64,000 bases of DNA from an uncultured Gemmatimonadaceae bacterium (GCA_964605205.1 CAZSBL010000001.1:2405-66404); one strand, 5' to 3'; positions 8,295 through 17,397 are shown, counted from the first letter of the stretch. Numbers and translations are program-made. The notes: generated by a model not told the origin, from the letters alone.

Positions 8295-10175
8295 CTAGCT
8301 GCCGAGGTCGGTCCTGGGTGGGTGGGCGACGTCCTTTTCGAGCCACTCGTGCTCCCCTTCCAGAACCTCCTGGGCGAGCTCGTACGTGGCGGTGTCTTCG
8401 TTGTCGAACAGCTCCTCGAACGTGGTGTCGATCCGCCGCCGGGCGTGGCGGCAGAACACGTCCGCCATGTGGATCGGCCCGGCCTCGGAGCCGGTCCCGC
8501 CGGCGAGCTTCGTGGCGTAGGCGCACGAGGCAGCGATGGCGAAGATCTCGGCGCCGATGTCGACCATCCGGCCGAGGACGGCCTGCTTCTTCTCGAGCCC
8601 GCCGCCATAGCGGCTCATGGCGTAGGCCATGGCCCGGGCCAGCTTGCGGGAGCGGCGCTCCGCGAAGCCGATGTGCTCGGACAGCGGTCCGAAGTCGGAG
8701 TGTCGGGGCCAGCGGCTCCAGCCGGCCACGTTGCCGGAGAACCACCGGGCCATGTGGGCGCCGAGGCCGACGGCGTCCCTGGCCCGGTCGGTGAAATCGG
8801 CGTCCGGGTCGATGGACGTGCCGGCCTTCTGCAGGTGCGGGTCGACGGCCTCCCGTGCGATGAAGAGGCGCATGATCTCGCTGGAGCCCTCGAAGATCAT
8901 GTTGATCCGGAGGTCGCGCAGCAGCTGCTCCACCGGCACCGGTGCTTCGCCGCGGTTGCGGAGCGACTCGGCGGTCTCGTAGCCGCGGCCGCCCCGGATC
9001 TGCATGGCCTGGTTTGCCACGCGCCACGCCGTCTCCGAGTTCCACATCTTGGCGATGGCGGCCTCGAGCCGGATGTCGTAGTGCTCCGAGTCTGCCAGCA
9101 TGGCGGAGATCTCGGACATGGCGTCCATGGCGAAGGTGTGCGACGCCATCCAGCCGAGCATCTGGGCCACGGCGTCGTGCTTGCCCACCGGCTGGCCCCA
9201 CTGGACCCTCTCGGCGGCGAATTCCCGGGCCACGCGCGTGGACCACTTGCCAGCGGCGGCGCAGGTGGCCGGGATGGTGAGCCGGCCGGTGTTCAGCGTG
9301 GTGAGCGCCAGCTTGAGCCCCTGCCCCTCCTTCAGGATCACGTTCTCCCTGGGGACCCGGACGTTCTCGAACCTGACCAGTCCGTTCTCGATCCCGCGGA
9401 GCCCCATGAACTCACAGCGAGCCTCGAGGGTTACGCCTTCCCAGTCGTTCTCGACGATGAACGCGGTGATGCCGCGGCGCTTCTGGCCCTCCTTCGGTGG
9501 CGTGGTGGCCATGACCACGGTGATGTCGGCGATCGGGGCGTTGGTGCACCAGAGCTTCTCGCCGTTGAGGATATAGGCCTCGCCGTCGTCGGTGGGCTCG
9601 GCGGTGGCCTGCACCCGGGCCGGGTCGGACCCCACACCCGGCTCGGTGAGGGCGAACGCCGAGATCGCGCCCTCGGCGAACCGGGGCAGGTACTTCTGCT
9701 TCTGCTCCTCGGTGCCGAACAGCTTCAGCGGCTGGGGCACGCCGATGGACTGGTGGGCAGAGAGGAGCACACCGATGGCGGAAGAGTAGGTGCTGATCAT
9801 GGCGATGGCCCGGCCGTACATCACCTGAGACAGCTCGAGCCCACCGTACTTCGCGGGGATCTTCATGGCGAACGCGTTGTGCCGGCGCAGCCCCTCTATC
9901 ACGTCTTCCGGGACCTTGCCGTCGCGGTCGATCTGGAGCCCGTCGACCTCCTCCTCCATGAACGCCCTGATGTCGGACATGAACTTCTCGCCCCGCTCCC
10001 GGGCCCCCGGGTCGGGCTCGGGCAGCGGGTGGATCAGGTCCATCCGGAGGCTGCCGAGGAAGAGCTCCTTCACGAAGCTCGGCTTCACCCATTCCTTCTC
10101 CCGAGCGGCCTCGGTGACCTCCCGGGCATCCTTCTCGGTGGCCTGACCAGCACCCTGCGGTGCGCTCGTACTCAT
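8295..10175 (-). CDS. long-form acyl-CoA dehydrogenase (626 aa)
   Basis: Track ORF 8295..10865 trimmed to Met 10175. ACAD blocks AFALTEPGVGSD and QIRGGRGYETAES, plus a C-terminal extension. Confidence 0.85.
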   Translation of the reverse strand: MSTSAPQGAGQATEKDAREVTEAAREKEWVKPSFVKELFLGSLRMDLIHPLPEPDPGARERGEKFMSDIRAFMEEEVDGLQIDRDGKVPEDVIEGLRRHNAFAMKIPAKYGGLELSQVMYGRAIAMISTYSSAIGVLLSAHQSIGVPQPLKLFGTEEQKQKYLPRFAEGAISAFALTEPGVGSDPARVQATAEPTDDGEAYILNGEKLWCTNAPIADITVVMATTPPKEGQKRRGITAFIVENDWEGVTLEARCEFMGLRGIENGLVRFENVRVPRENVILKEGQGLKLALTTLNTGRLTIPATCAAAGKWSTRVAREFAAERVQWGQPVGKHDAVAQMLGWMASHTFAMDAMSEISAMLADSEHYDIRLEAAIAKMWNSETAWRVANQAMQIRGGRGYETAESLRNRGEAPVPVEQLLRDLRINMIFEGSSEIMRLFIAREAVDPHLQKAGTSIDPDADFTDRARDAVGLGAHMARWFSGNVAGWSRWPRHSDFGPLSEHIGFAERRSRKLARAMAYAMSRYGGGLEKKQAVLGRMVDIGAEIFAIAASCAYATKLAGGTGSEAGPIHMADVFCRHARRRIDTTFEELFDNEDTATYELAQEVLEGEHEWLEKDVAHPPRTDLGS

Positions 10176-10350
10176 AACCGTCTCTTTCCAGATGGGATTC
10201 GTTGGGAGGAGACCGACACTGCAAATTTCCGGCCGGTCAAGGGAGGGTCCACGCGAGGCGCCGGTCGGCCACCGGTCCGCCTCTTGCCCGGACCCCGGCC
10301 GCCACCTCACCTTCGAAGGGATCCGACCCACCGGTTTCCCGGGAGACGAC

Positions 10351-12087
10351 ATGCCGCTCGATCGCCGCACCTTCATGACCCAGCTCTCCGCCCTCGGCCT
10401 GGGCGCCACCTTCGTCGACGCCCTCTGGCTCGGGGTCCAGGAGCAGGAGGAGGTCACCGCCGCCATCGTACGAGACGCCGAGGTGGTGGCCGGCCTCGAC
10501 TTCAATGACGAGGAGCGGGAGATGATGGTCCGGGGGCTGAACCAGCAGCTCGAGGCGTACCGGGCGATCCGGGAGGTGCCGCTCCCGAACGGGGTGCCGC
10601 CGGCGGTGCGGTTCGATCCCCGGCTCCCGCACCGGGCCGAGCCCGGGTCGGTAGACCCGCCCGAGGACCGGTACGCCACGGTCCGCTCCGCCCGCCAGGG
10701 CCCGGTCCGCCGCCCGGCTGACCTGGAGGCGGTGGCGTTCTGGCCGGTCACGAAGCTGGCCGAGCTGATCCGGACGGGGCAGGTGACGGCGGTGGAGCTC
10801 ACGGAGATGTACCTGGGCCGCCTGCGCAGGCACGGCCCCACGCTGGAGGCCGTGATCACCCTCACCGACGACCTGGCGCTCCGCCAGGCCCGCCGGGCGG
10901 ACGCCGAGCTGGCGGCCGGCCACTACCGGGGCCCGCTGCACGGGATCCCGTGGGGCGCCAAGGACCTGCTCTCAACCGAGGGCTACCGCACTACCTGGGG
11001 CGCGAAGCCGTACGAGGAGCAGCGACTCGACGTGGACGCCGCCGTGGTCCGGCGGCTGGAGGAGGCCGGCGCCGTGCTGTTGGCGAAGCTGACGCTCGGG
11101 GCGCTGGCCATGGGCGACCGCTGGTACGGCGGTCGGACCCGCAACCCGTGGGACCTCGAGCAGGGCTCGAGCGGCTCGTCGGCGGGCTCGGCCGCCGCCA
11201 CCGTGGCGGGGCTGGTGGGCTTCGGGATCGGGACCGAGACGCTCGGCTCCATCGTCTCGCCGTGCACCCGGACCGGGGCGAGCGGGCTGCGGCCCACCTT
11301 CGGCCGGGTCAGTCGCCACGGCGCCATGGCGCTGAGCTGGACCATGGACAAGATCGGGCCGATCTGCCGGAGCGCCGAAGACTGCGCGCTGGTTTTCGCC
11401 GCCATCCACGGCGCCGACGGCGCCGATCCCACGGCCCGGACCGTATCCTTCCACTACGACGGCGGGCGCTCGCTGGCCGACCTGCGCGTCGGCTACCTCC
11501 GGGCCGGGTTCGAGCGCGAGCCCCAGGGCCAGGACCAGGAGGCCCGGGAGCGGTCGCGCCGGGCCATCGAGCTCGACAACCGGGCGCTGGACGTGGTTCG
11601 AGGGCTGGGTATCGACCCCATCCCCGTGGAGCTGCCGGACGGGCTCCCGGTCTCCGCGCTCCGGATCATCCTGAGCGCCGAGGCCGGCGCCGCCTTCGAC
11701 GAGCTGACCCGGAGCGGCCGCGACGACTTGCTGGTGGCGCAGGAGGCGTGGTCGTGGCCGAACACCTTCCGCGAGGCGAGGATGATCCCGGCGGTCGAGT
11801 ACATCCAGGCCAACCGGATCCGGACCATGCTCATGGGCGAGATGGAGAAGGCCATGGCCGACGTGGACGTGTTCATCACCCCGAGCTACGCCGGCAGCGT
11901 GCTTCTCACCACGAACCTCACCGGCCATCCGGCGGCCGTGGTGCCCCACGGGTTCGTCGAGGGCCGTCCGGCCAGCATCTCGTTCATCGGCGGCCTCTGG
12001 CGTGACGACGCGGCGCTCCGCCTGGCCGCGGCGTACCAGCGGGCGACGGACTTCCACAGCCGGGTCCCGGAGGCGGTTGCGGGGTAG
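10351..12087 (+). CDS. amidase-signature family amidase with Tat signal
   Basis: Track ORF trimmed to Met 10351, followed by the twin-arginine motif DRRTFMTQLSALGLGA. Amidase-signature block GSSGSSAGSAAATVAGLVGFGIGTETLGSIVSPC. Confidence 0.85.
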   Translation: MPLDRRTFMTQLSALGLGATFVDALWLGVQEQEEVTAAIVRDAEVVAGLDFNDEEREMMVRGLNQQLEAYRAIREVPLPNGVPPAVRFDPRLPHRAEPGSVDPPEDRYATVRSARQGPVRRPADLEAVAFWPVTKLAELIRTGQVTAVELTEMYLGRLRRHGPTLEAVITLTDDLALRQARRADAELAAGHYRGPLHGIPWGAKDLLSTEGYRTTWGAKPYEEQRLDVDAAVVRRLEEAGAVLLAKLTLGALAMGDRWYGGRTRNPWDLEQGSSGSSAGSAAATVAGLVGFGIGTETLGSIVSPCTRTGASGLRPTFGRVSRHGAMALSWTMDKIGPICRSAEDCALVFAAIHGADGADPTARTVSFHYDGGRSLADLRVGYLRAGFEREPQGQDQEARERSRRAIELDNRALDVVRGLGIDPIPVELPDGLPVSALRIILSAEAGAAFDELTRSGRDDLLVAQEAWSWPNTFREARMIPAVEYIQANRIRTMLMGEMEKAMADVDVFITPSYAGSVLLTTNLTGHPAAVVPHGFVEGRPASISFIGGLWRDDAALRLAAAYQRATDFHSRVPEAVAG

Positions 12088-12272
12088 GGTCGGGGCGTTC
12101 GCGGTGAAGGTTCGGCACGCTGAACGGGCGTTACCGGGCCGGCTTTCCGGTCGTCTTGATGGATGACACCGGAAAATTTCCTGTAAGATTTTGGTGCCGA
12201 GCGGCATCTATAGGGTAGAAGAACCCGCAGATCTCTCTCTCCCCACCTTCCTCGTACAGAAGGGGAGGAACC

Positions 12273-12683
12273 GTGCGCAGGCTGCTCCGAGCGCTATTTC
12301 TGGCGGTGCCGATGACGATCATCGTCCTGGCGGCGGTGATCCCCGCGCCGCTGCCGTGGACCATGGGCGGGATGATCTTCGGCCTCCTGTTCTTCCAGCT
12401 GGCGCTAGTGGGGACCTTCGACTCGCTGCTCCCTGACACCCGGGTCTACCTGGAGCTGCGGGAGGAGACCGATCAGCTGCTCGAGCTGGTCCGGGAGCTC
12501 AACGCCGCCGCCGTCGACGCCCGGTGTGTGGGGATGGAGCCGGGCGACTACACGGAGCCCATCATCCGGCAGCTCCACGAGACCGTGGACCGGCTGCCGC
12601 AGTTCGCCGGCAAGCCGGCCGACAGCCACTTCCACCTCACGCCGAGCTCCGGCCGGGGGCTGACCGGCGACGAGGTCCACTAG
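12273..12683 (+). CDS. hypothetical membrane protein (136 aa)
   Basis: GTG start. Two N-terminal hydrophobic helices (LFLAVPMTIIVLAAVIPAPL, GGMIFGLLFFQLALVG), then a helical tail. No family recognised. Confidence 0.45.
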   Translation: MRRLLRALFLAVPMTIIVLAAVIPAPLPWTMGGMIFGLLFFQLALVGTFDSLLPDTRVYLELREETDQLLELVRELNAAAVDARCVGMEPGDYTEPIIRQLHETVDRLPQFAGKPADSHFHLTPSSGRGLTGDEVH

Positions 12684-12777
12684 ACGGTCCGGCGCCTGAC
12701 GGCTCGATGGGGCCGCGGCCGGCCCGCTCGCGCGCCTGCCGGGGCGGTGCCGAACCGCGATCCCGTCAGACTCGCCG

Positions 12778-13932
12778 CTACTTCAACAGCAGCTTGGCGA
12801 TAGTCTGCCGCTGCATATTGCTGGTGCCCTCGTAGATCGTGCCGATCTTGGCGTCCCGATAGAGCTTTTCCACCGGGTACTCCCGGCTGAAGCCGTAGCC
12901 ACCGAAGAGGTCCACGCACTCCGACGCGATCCACTGGGCCACCTCGGAGGAGTAGAGCTTGGCCATGGCGGCCTCGTTGAGGAACGGCTTGTCGGCCTCC
13001 CGGAGCCGGGCGGCGTTGTAGACCATGAGACGGGCGGCCTCGAGGCGGGTCCGCATATCGGCGAGCTGGAACTGCACGCCCTGGAAGTCACCGATGGGGC
13101 GGCCGAACTGCTCCCGCTCCTGCACGTAGCGGACGGTGTGGTCGAGGGCGCCCTGGGCGAGCCCGACCATCTGTGCGCCGATCCCGATGCGGCCCTCGTT
13201 GAGCTGCTCGATGGCGATCTTGTAGCCCTTCCCGACCTCGCCGATCACGTTCGCGCCCGGGACCCGGACGCCGTCGAAGACCAGCTCCACGGTGGACGAG
13301 GCCCGGATCCCGAGCTTGTCCTCCTTCTTGCCGACGGTGAAGCCGTCCATCCCGCGCTCCACGACGAACGCGGTGATCCCCTTGTAGCCGGCGTCCGGGT
13401 CCACGGTGGCGAAGACGATGAAGATGTCGGCTTCATCGCCGCTGGTGATCCAGAGCTTGGTGCCCTCGAGGATCCAGTCGGCGCCGTCCCGGGTGGCGCG
13501 GGTGGTGAGGGAGAAGGCGTCGGAGCCGGCGCCGGCCTCGGAGAGGGCGTACGCACCGACCGCTTCGGAAGCGAGACGCGGCAGGTAGCGAGCGATCAGG
13601 TCGTCGCCGCCGTAGCGCTTGATGCCGGTGTCGACAAGCGTATTCTGGACGTCCACGAGCACCGCCACGGCCGGGTCGACGCGGGCGAGCTCTTCGACCA
13701 CGATCACCGACGCGAAGAAGGTGCCGCCAGTGCCGCCGTGCTCCTCCGGGATCTCGATCCCCATGAGCCCCAGCTCGAAGAGGCTCTCGATGAGGTCCGG
13801 GTCCATGCGGGCGTCCCGGTCCATGTCCATGACCCTGGGCGCGATCTGCTCTTCCGCGAACTGGCGGACCATGTCGCGGAACATGCGTTCCTCTTCGCTC
13901 AGCGCAGTGAGGGCCGGGCGCTCGATATCCAT
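12778..13932 (-). CDS. acyl-CoA dehydrogenase (short/medium-chain type, 384 aa)
   Basis: Blocks GAYALSEAGAGSDAFS and GGYGFSREYPVEKLYRDAKIGTIYEGTSNMQ are canonical ACAD motifs. Confidence 0.9.
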   Translation of the reverse strand: MDIERPALTALSEEERMFRDMVRQFAEEQIAPRVMDMDRDARMDPDLIESLFELGLMGIEIPEEHGGTGGTFFASVIVVEELARVDPAVAVLVDVQNTLVDTGIKRYGGDDLIARYLPRLASEAVGAYALSEAGAGSDAFSLTTRATRDGADWILEGTKLWITSGDEADIFIVFATVDPDAGYKGITAFVVERGMDGFTVGKKEDKLGIRASSTVELVFDGVRVPGANVIGEVGKGYKIAIEQLNEGRIGIGAQMVGLAQGALDHTVRYVQEREQFGRPIGDFQGVQFQLADMRTRLEAARLMVYNAARLREADKPFLNEAAMAKLYSSEVAQWIASECVDLFGGYGFSREYPVEKLYRDAKIGTIYEGTSNMQRQTIAKLLLK

Positions 13933-14037
13933 CGGTATTCGGGGTTCCGGGGAATGTGTCGGTGGCCGCCGTGATTATCCCGGCGACGTTGGCTATACTA
14001 GTCGTGGCGCACAGCTACGGAAAGTGAGGAGGCACGC

Positions 14038-14259
14038 ATGGATGATACGCGCTGCAAGGAGATAGTGGAGCTGGTCCGCAAGACCCGGCACGACGCGAAC
14101 AGCCCCATCACCGCGGCGCTCGGGCACGTGCAGCTGCTGCTCGACGAGCCGGCCGCGCAGGACGGGGAGGTCCAGGAGTCGCTGCAGCTGGTGGAGAGCG
14201 AGCTGAAGCGGTTGATGGACATCCTGTCCGATCTGAAGGAAGTCAAGTACGAGGAGTAG
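14038..14259 (+). CDS. stand-alone HisKA/DHp-like domain protein (73 aa)
   Basis: H-box-like RHDANSPITAALGHVQLLL followed by a second long helix. The ORF ends there, with no ATPase (HATPase_c) domain and no sensor domain. Confidence 0.5.
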   Translation: MDDTRCKEIVELVRKTRHDANSPITAALGHVQLLLDEPAAQDGEVQESLQLVESELKRLMDILSDLKEVKYEE

Positions 14260-14292
14260 GCCGCTGCGCCGCCCAGGGACCGGCGCCCAGGG

Positions 14293-14562
14293 AACCGCGG
14301 AGGCGCGGAGGCGCGGAGCGTACGCGGAGAACTGCTATTGAGTTTGGGTTCGCGGTGGAGGCGGAGTTCGGGGCGCAAGCCTCGGGGTTCCCGGCGGCTC
14401 CGTGCTTCGGATCCCGGAGGTTCGGGTTCGTGGTGTGGACGGGGTAGCGGCACGGAAGGCCGGCTTCGCCCGGTAACTCCCGTCTTCCGCCGCGACCGGA
14501 GACACCACCGGCACAACTCAAAATGCTCCGCGTGTACTCCGCGCCTCCGCGTCTCCGCGGTT
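14293..14562. repeat. MITE-like element A: ~50-nt imperfect terminal inverted repeats around a ~170-nt core
   Basis: Left arm AACCGCGGAGGCGCGGAGGCGCGGAGCGTACGCGGAG...TTGAGTT (14293-14345). The reverse complement of the right arm (14514-14562) is AACCGCGGAGACGCGGAGGCGCGGAGTACACGCGGAG...TTGAGTT. Near-direct repeats GACCGGCGCC / GACCGGGCGCC lie outside both ends. Confidence 0.5.
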
Positions 14563-14688
14563 GACCGGGCGCCGGTGGACGGAAGAGGCGGTGGACGGGA
14601 GAGGCGAACCGGGCAGTGCCTTGACGGCACCCGCTCGCCGCATCATCGTCCCTCGCTGGCCTAAACGAGACATCGATTGGAGGAATTG

Positions 14689-15075
14689 ATGGCTGATCTG
14701 CCTTCCGGGCTCCTGTACACGGAGGAGCACGAGTACCTTTCGAAGACCGACGAGGACGACATCTACACCATCGGCGTCACCGACTACGCGCAGGGAGAGC
14801 TGGGCGACGTCGTGTTCGTGGAGCTGCCGGCGGCTGGCGAGAGCTTCGGACAGGGCGATGCGTTCGGCACCGTGGAGGCGGTGAAGGCGGTGAGCGACCT
14901 CTACATGCCGGTGACCGGTGAAGTGGTGGAGGTCAACGAAGGGCTGAACGACGACCCGTCGCAGGTCAACTCTGATCCGTACGGCGACGGCTGGATGATC
15001 CGGATCAAAGTCAGCGAGCTATCGGAGCTGGATGGGCTGATGGACGCGGACGCCTACGCGGCGCACATCGAATAG
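14689..15075 (+). CDS. gcvH: glycine cleavage system H protein
   Basis: ATG 14689 preceded by GGAGGA (the track start 14677 is an upstream TTG). Lipoyl-lysine block GTVEAVKAVSDLYMPVTGEV. Confidence 0.9.
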   Translation: MADLPSGLLYTEEHEYLSKTDEDDIYTIGVTDYAQGELGDVVFVELPAAGESFGQGDAFGTVEAVKAVSDLYMPVTGEVVEVNEGLNDDPSQVNSDPYGDGWMIRIKVSELSELDGLMDADAYAAHIE

Positions 15076-15115
15076 CGACGGGCTACAGCGAATACAGCGA
15101 GTCCGGGAGGGAGCC

Positions 15116-15802
15116 ATGGCTCGACTTACCTGGCACGGCCACTCGACCTTCACGCTCGAGACCGACTCAGGTCATACCATCATGTTCGACCCGTTCCTGG
15201 ATGAGAATCCGAAGTCGGACATCAAGGTCGACGACGTGACGGAGCTGGACTACATTCTGGTCAGTCACGGCCACTTCGACCATTTCCAGGACGCGATCCG
15301 GCTGGCGAAGAAGACCGGCGCCACGCTGATCTCCACCTTCGAGATCGTGGGGTTCTGCCAGGAGAACGGCCTGGAGAACGTGCACCCGCTGCACATCGGC
15401 GGAGGCAACCACTTCGACTTCGGCTACGCCAAGATGACGCCCGCGCTGCACGGCGGGCAGGTCGATGGCGACGAGGAGGGTGCGTTCACCACCGTCCCCG
15501 GCGGCTGGTGGATCGATTTCGGGGACAAGACCCTGTACCACGCCGGTGACACGGCGCTGCTGATGGACATGCAGCTGCTGAAGGGGAAGGTGGACGTGGC
15601 GCTCCTCCCGATCGGGGACAACTTCACCATGGGGCCGGATGACGCCGCGCGGGCGGTGGAATTCATCGAGCCGCGCGTGGTGATCCCCATGCACTACTCG
15701 ACGTGGGAGCCCATCGAGCAGGACCCCAACGACTTCCGGGACCTGGTGGGCAGCCGGGCCGAGGTCGTGATCCTGGATCCGGGCGACAGCTACAACTTCT
15801 AG
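15116..15802 (+). CDS. metallo-beta-lactamase-fold hydrolase (UPF0173-like)
   Basis: LTWHGHSTF N-terminus and the metal motif VSHGHFDH. Length of 228 aa is typical of the UPF0173 family. Confidence 0.8.
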   Translation: MARLTWHGHSTFTLETDSGHTIMFDPFLDENPKSDIKVDDVTELDYILVSHGHFDHFQDAIRLAKKTGATLISTFEIVGFCQENGLENVHPLHIGGGNHFDFGYAKMTPALHGGQVDGDEEGAFTTVPGGWWIDFGDKTLYHAGDTALLMDMQLLKGKVDVALLPIGDNFTMGPDDAARAVEFIEPRVVIPMHYSTWEPIEQDPNDFRDLVGSRAEVVILDPGDSYNF

Positions 15803-15823
15803 CCACCTCACCGAGGGAGCCCC

Positions 15824-16168
15824 ATGGATATCATCCCCCTCGCCGGGATGCTCTTCTCGCTTCTGGTGATCCTCGTCATCGGCGGACTCATCCTCCTGTT
15901 CCCCATCTCCCGTCGGCTCGGGAAATTCCTCGAGATCCGCATCGATGAGCGGATGGAGTGGGACACGCTGCCCAAGGAGGCATTCACCGAGATGATGGAC
16001 GTGGTGGAAGAGCTGCAGGAGGAGGTGGCCCGGCTGAAGGACCGGCAGCAGTTCGTGGAGCGGCTGCTGGAGCCGGGTCGCCGGCCGGAAGGCGCGCGGA
16101 TCGAGGGACCGGCGTCGGAGGCGGCGGAAGACGAGACCGGCGCCGACCCGTCCACCGGCGGGCCATGA
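15824..16168 (+). CDS. hypothetical single-pass membrane protein with coiled-coil region
   Basis: SD GAGGGAG before the ATG. TM helix LAGMLFSLLVILVIGGLILLF. Its stop overlaps the msrA start (ATGA). Confidence 0.55.
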   Translation: MDIIPLAGMLFSLLVILVIGGLILLFPISRRLGKFLEIRIDERMEWDTLPKEAFTEMMDVVEELQEEVARLKDRQQFVERLLEPGRRPEGARIEGPASEAAEDETGADPSTGGP

Positions 16169-16707
16169 CCGCGCCGGCAACCGAGACCGCCACCCTCGGT
16201 GGCGGCTGCTTCTGGTGCCTCGAGGCCGTGTTTGAGCGGCTCCGGGGCGTCGCCTCCGTCACCTCCGGGTACGCGGGCGGCCACGTCGAGGATCCCACGT
16301 ACCGCCAGGTGTGCAACGGCACCACCGGGCACGCGGAGGTGGTGCGCATCGAATACGACCCCGCCGAGCTCACCTTCCGGGAGCTGCTCCGGGTCTTCTT
16401 CGCGACCCACGACCCGACTACGCCGGATCGGCAGGGCGCGGATGTCGGCCCCCAGTACCGTTCCATCATCCTGTATGCATCCGACGCGCAGCGGGAGACG
16501 GCGGAGGCGGTGATCACCGAGCTCGAGGCGGAGGGCGTGTTCGACGCCGCCATCGTGACGGAGGTCGAGCCGCTGGACGCGTTCTACGAGGCCGAAGCGG
16601 AGCACCAGGACTTCTACCGGGACAACCCGAGCTACGGGTACTGCCGGGCGGTGATCGATCCGAAGGTGGCGAAGCTGCGGAAGGAGTTCGCGGGTCGGCT
16701 GAAGTGA
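16165..16707 (+). CDS. msrA: peptide-methionine (S)-S-oxide reductase
   Basis: Track ORF 15958..16707 trimmed to Met 16165. Active-site GGGCFWC and TGHAEVVRIEYDP blocks. Confidence 0.9.
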   Translation: MTAPATETATLGGGCFWCLEAVFERLRGVASVTSGYAGGHVEDPTYRQVCNGTTGHAEVVRIEYDPAELTFRELLRVFFATHDPTTPDRQGADVGPQYRSIILYASDAQRETAEAVITELEAEGVFDAAIVTEVEPLDAFYEAEAEHQDFYRDNPSYGYCRAVIDPKVAKLRKEFAGRLK

Positions 16708-16748
16708 CAACGAACAACGAACAACGAACAACGAACAACGAACAACTA
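16707..16748. repeat. heptanucleotide tandem array 1: (ACAACGA)x5 + ACAACTA
   Basis: Read directly from the sequence. Begins on the last base of the msrA stop codon and ends 18 nt before the next start codon. Confidence 0.9.
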
Positions 16749-16766
16749 CGGTACCGCCCGTGGATA

Positions 16767-17384
16767 ATGGTGAGCTCTGAGGGTGTGGATCGGGCCGAGG
16801 ATGGCGGGGTCGGCCGGCTGACGGGTTCGGTCCGGGAGTGGGCGGCGGGACGGAGCTGGTGGGTCCGGGCGCCGGTGCTGCTGTGGATGGCGTGGATCCT
16901 GGTCCATTACTGGGATGCGCCGTGGTATTCGACGGTCTTCCACGGGATCGACCTGGCGATCCACGAGATCGGGCACATCCTGTGGGCGCCGGCGGGCGAG
17001 TTCCTGGGTTTCGCGGGCGGGACGCTGACGCAGCTGCTGGCGCCGGTGGCCGCGGGGGTGGTGTTCCTGCGGCAGCGGGACTGGTTCGCGGTTTCGTTTG
17101 CCGTCTGCTGGCTCGGGATCAACTGCTTCGAGATCGTGGAGTATGCCGGCGACGCGCTGACCCGGCGGCTGCCGTTGGTCTCACCGTCCACGGCGATGCC
17201 GATCCACGACTGGACCTACCTGCTCGGCGAGCTGGGGATCCTGCACCATACTGACGCGGTGGCGGCCGGGTGGCAGTGGGCGGGGCGAGTGGCCATGACG
17301 GCCGGGATCGCGTTCGGGGCGTGGGTGCTGTGGGAGATGCGGAACAGCGAACAACGAACAACGAACAACGAACAACAACGATGA
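16767..17384 (+). CDS. polytopic membrane protein with HExxH motif (M50B-like putative zinc metalloprotease)
   Basis: Track ORF 16311..17384 trimmed to Met 16767. Several hydrophobic helices and GIDLAIHEIGHILWAPAG. The last 12 codons (SEQRTTNNEQQR) are encoded by heptamer array 2. Confidence 0.55.
   Translation: MVSSEGVDRAEDGGVGRLTGSVREWAAGRSWWVRAPVLLWMAWILVHYWDAPWYSTVFHGIDLAIHEIGHILWAPAGEFLGFAGGTLTQLLAPVAAGVVFLRQRDWFAVSFAVCWLGINCFEIVEYAGDALTRRLPLVSPSTAMPIHDWTYLLGELGILHHTDAVAAGWQWAGRVAMTAGIAFGAWVLWEMRNSEQRTTNNEQQR
17344..17381. repeat. heptanucleotide tandem array 2: ACAGCGA + (ACAACGA)x3 + ACAACAACGA
   Basis: Read directly from the sequence. Occupies the 3' end of the HExxH gene up to its TGA (17382-17384). 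Confidence 0.9.
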
Positions 17385-17397
17385 GGCGCTGCGCGCC

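Noticed and set aside
406-10508. Long antisense/out-of-frame ORFs in the track (e.g. 406..1863(-), 3032..4186(-), 8217..10508(+); similarly 21083..23716(-), 50215..52605(-), 52497..54005(-), 33410..34846(-)).
   Set aside because: Their products are Arg/Pro/Gly/Ala-rich low-complexity strings lying opposite clearly recognisable genes. These are classic shadow ORFs of high-GC DNA.
14346-14440. tRNA-like or tRNA-derived sequence suggested by repeated GGTTCG (T-loop-like) words in element A.
   Set aside because: No cloverleaf can be drawn: there is no acceptor stem pairing, anticodon arm or conserved D-loop. The words recur in other spacers as part of the repeat family.
14563-14688. Possible glycine riboswitch in front of gcvH (GGGAGAGG ... 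CTCGCTGGCCTAAACGAGAC vaguely resembles the GGAGAG ... CTCTCAGGCAAAAGGAC ends of the aptamer).
   Set aside because: The invariant core (ACCGAAGGGGCAA-type segment) and a plausible P1/P3 pairing scheme are missing. The resemblance is limited to a few G/A-rich words. Only cmsearch with RF00504 could overturn this.
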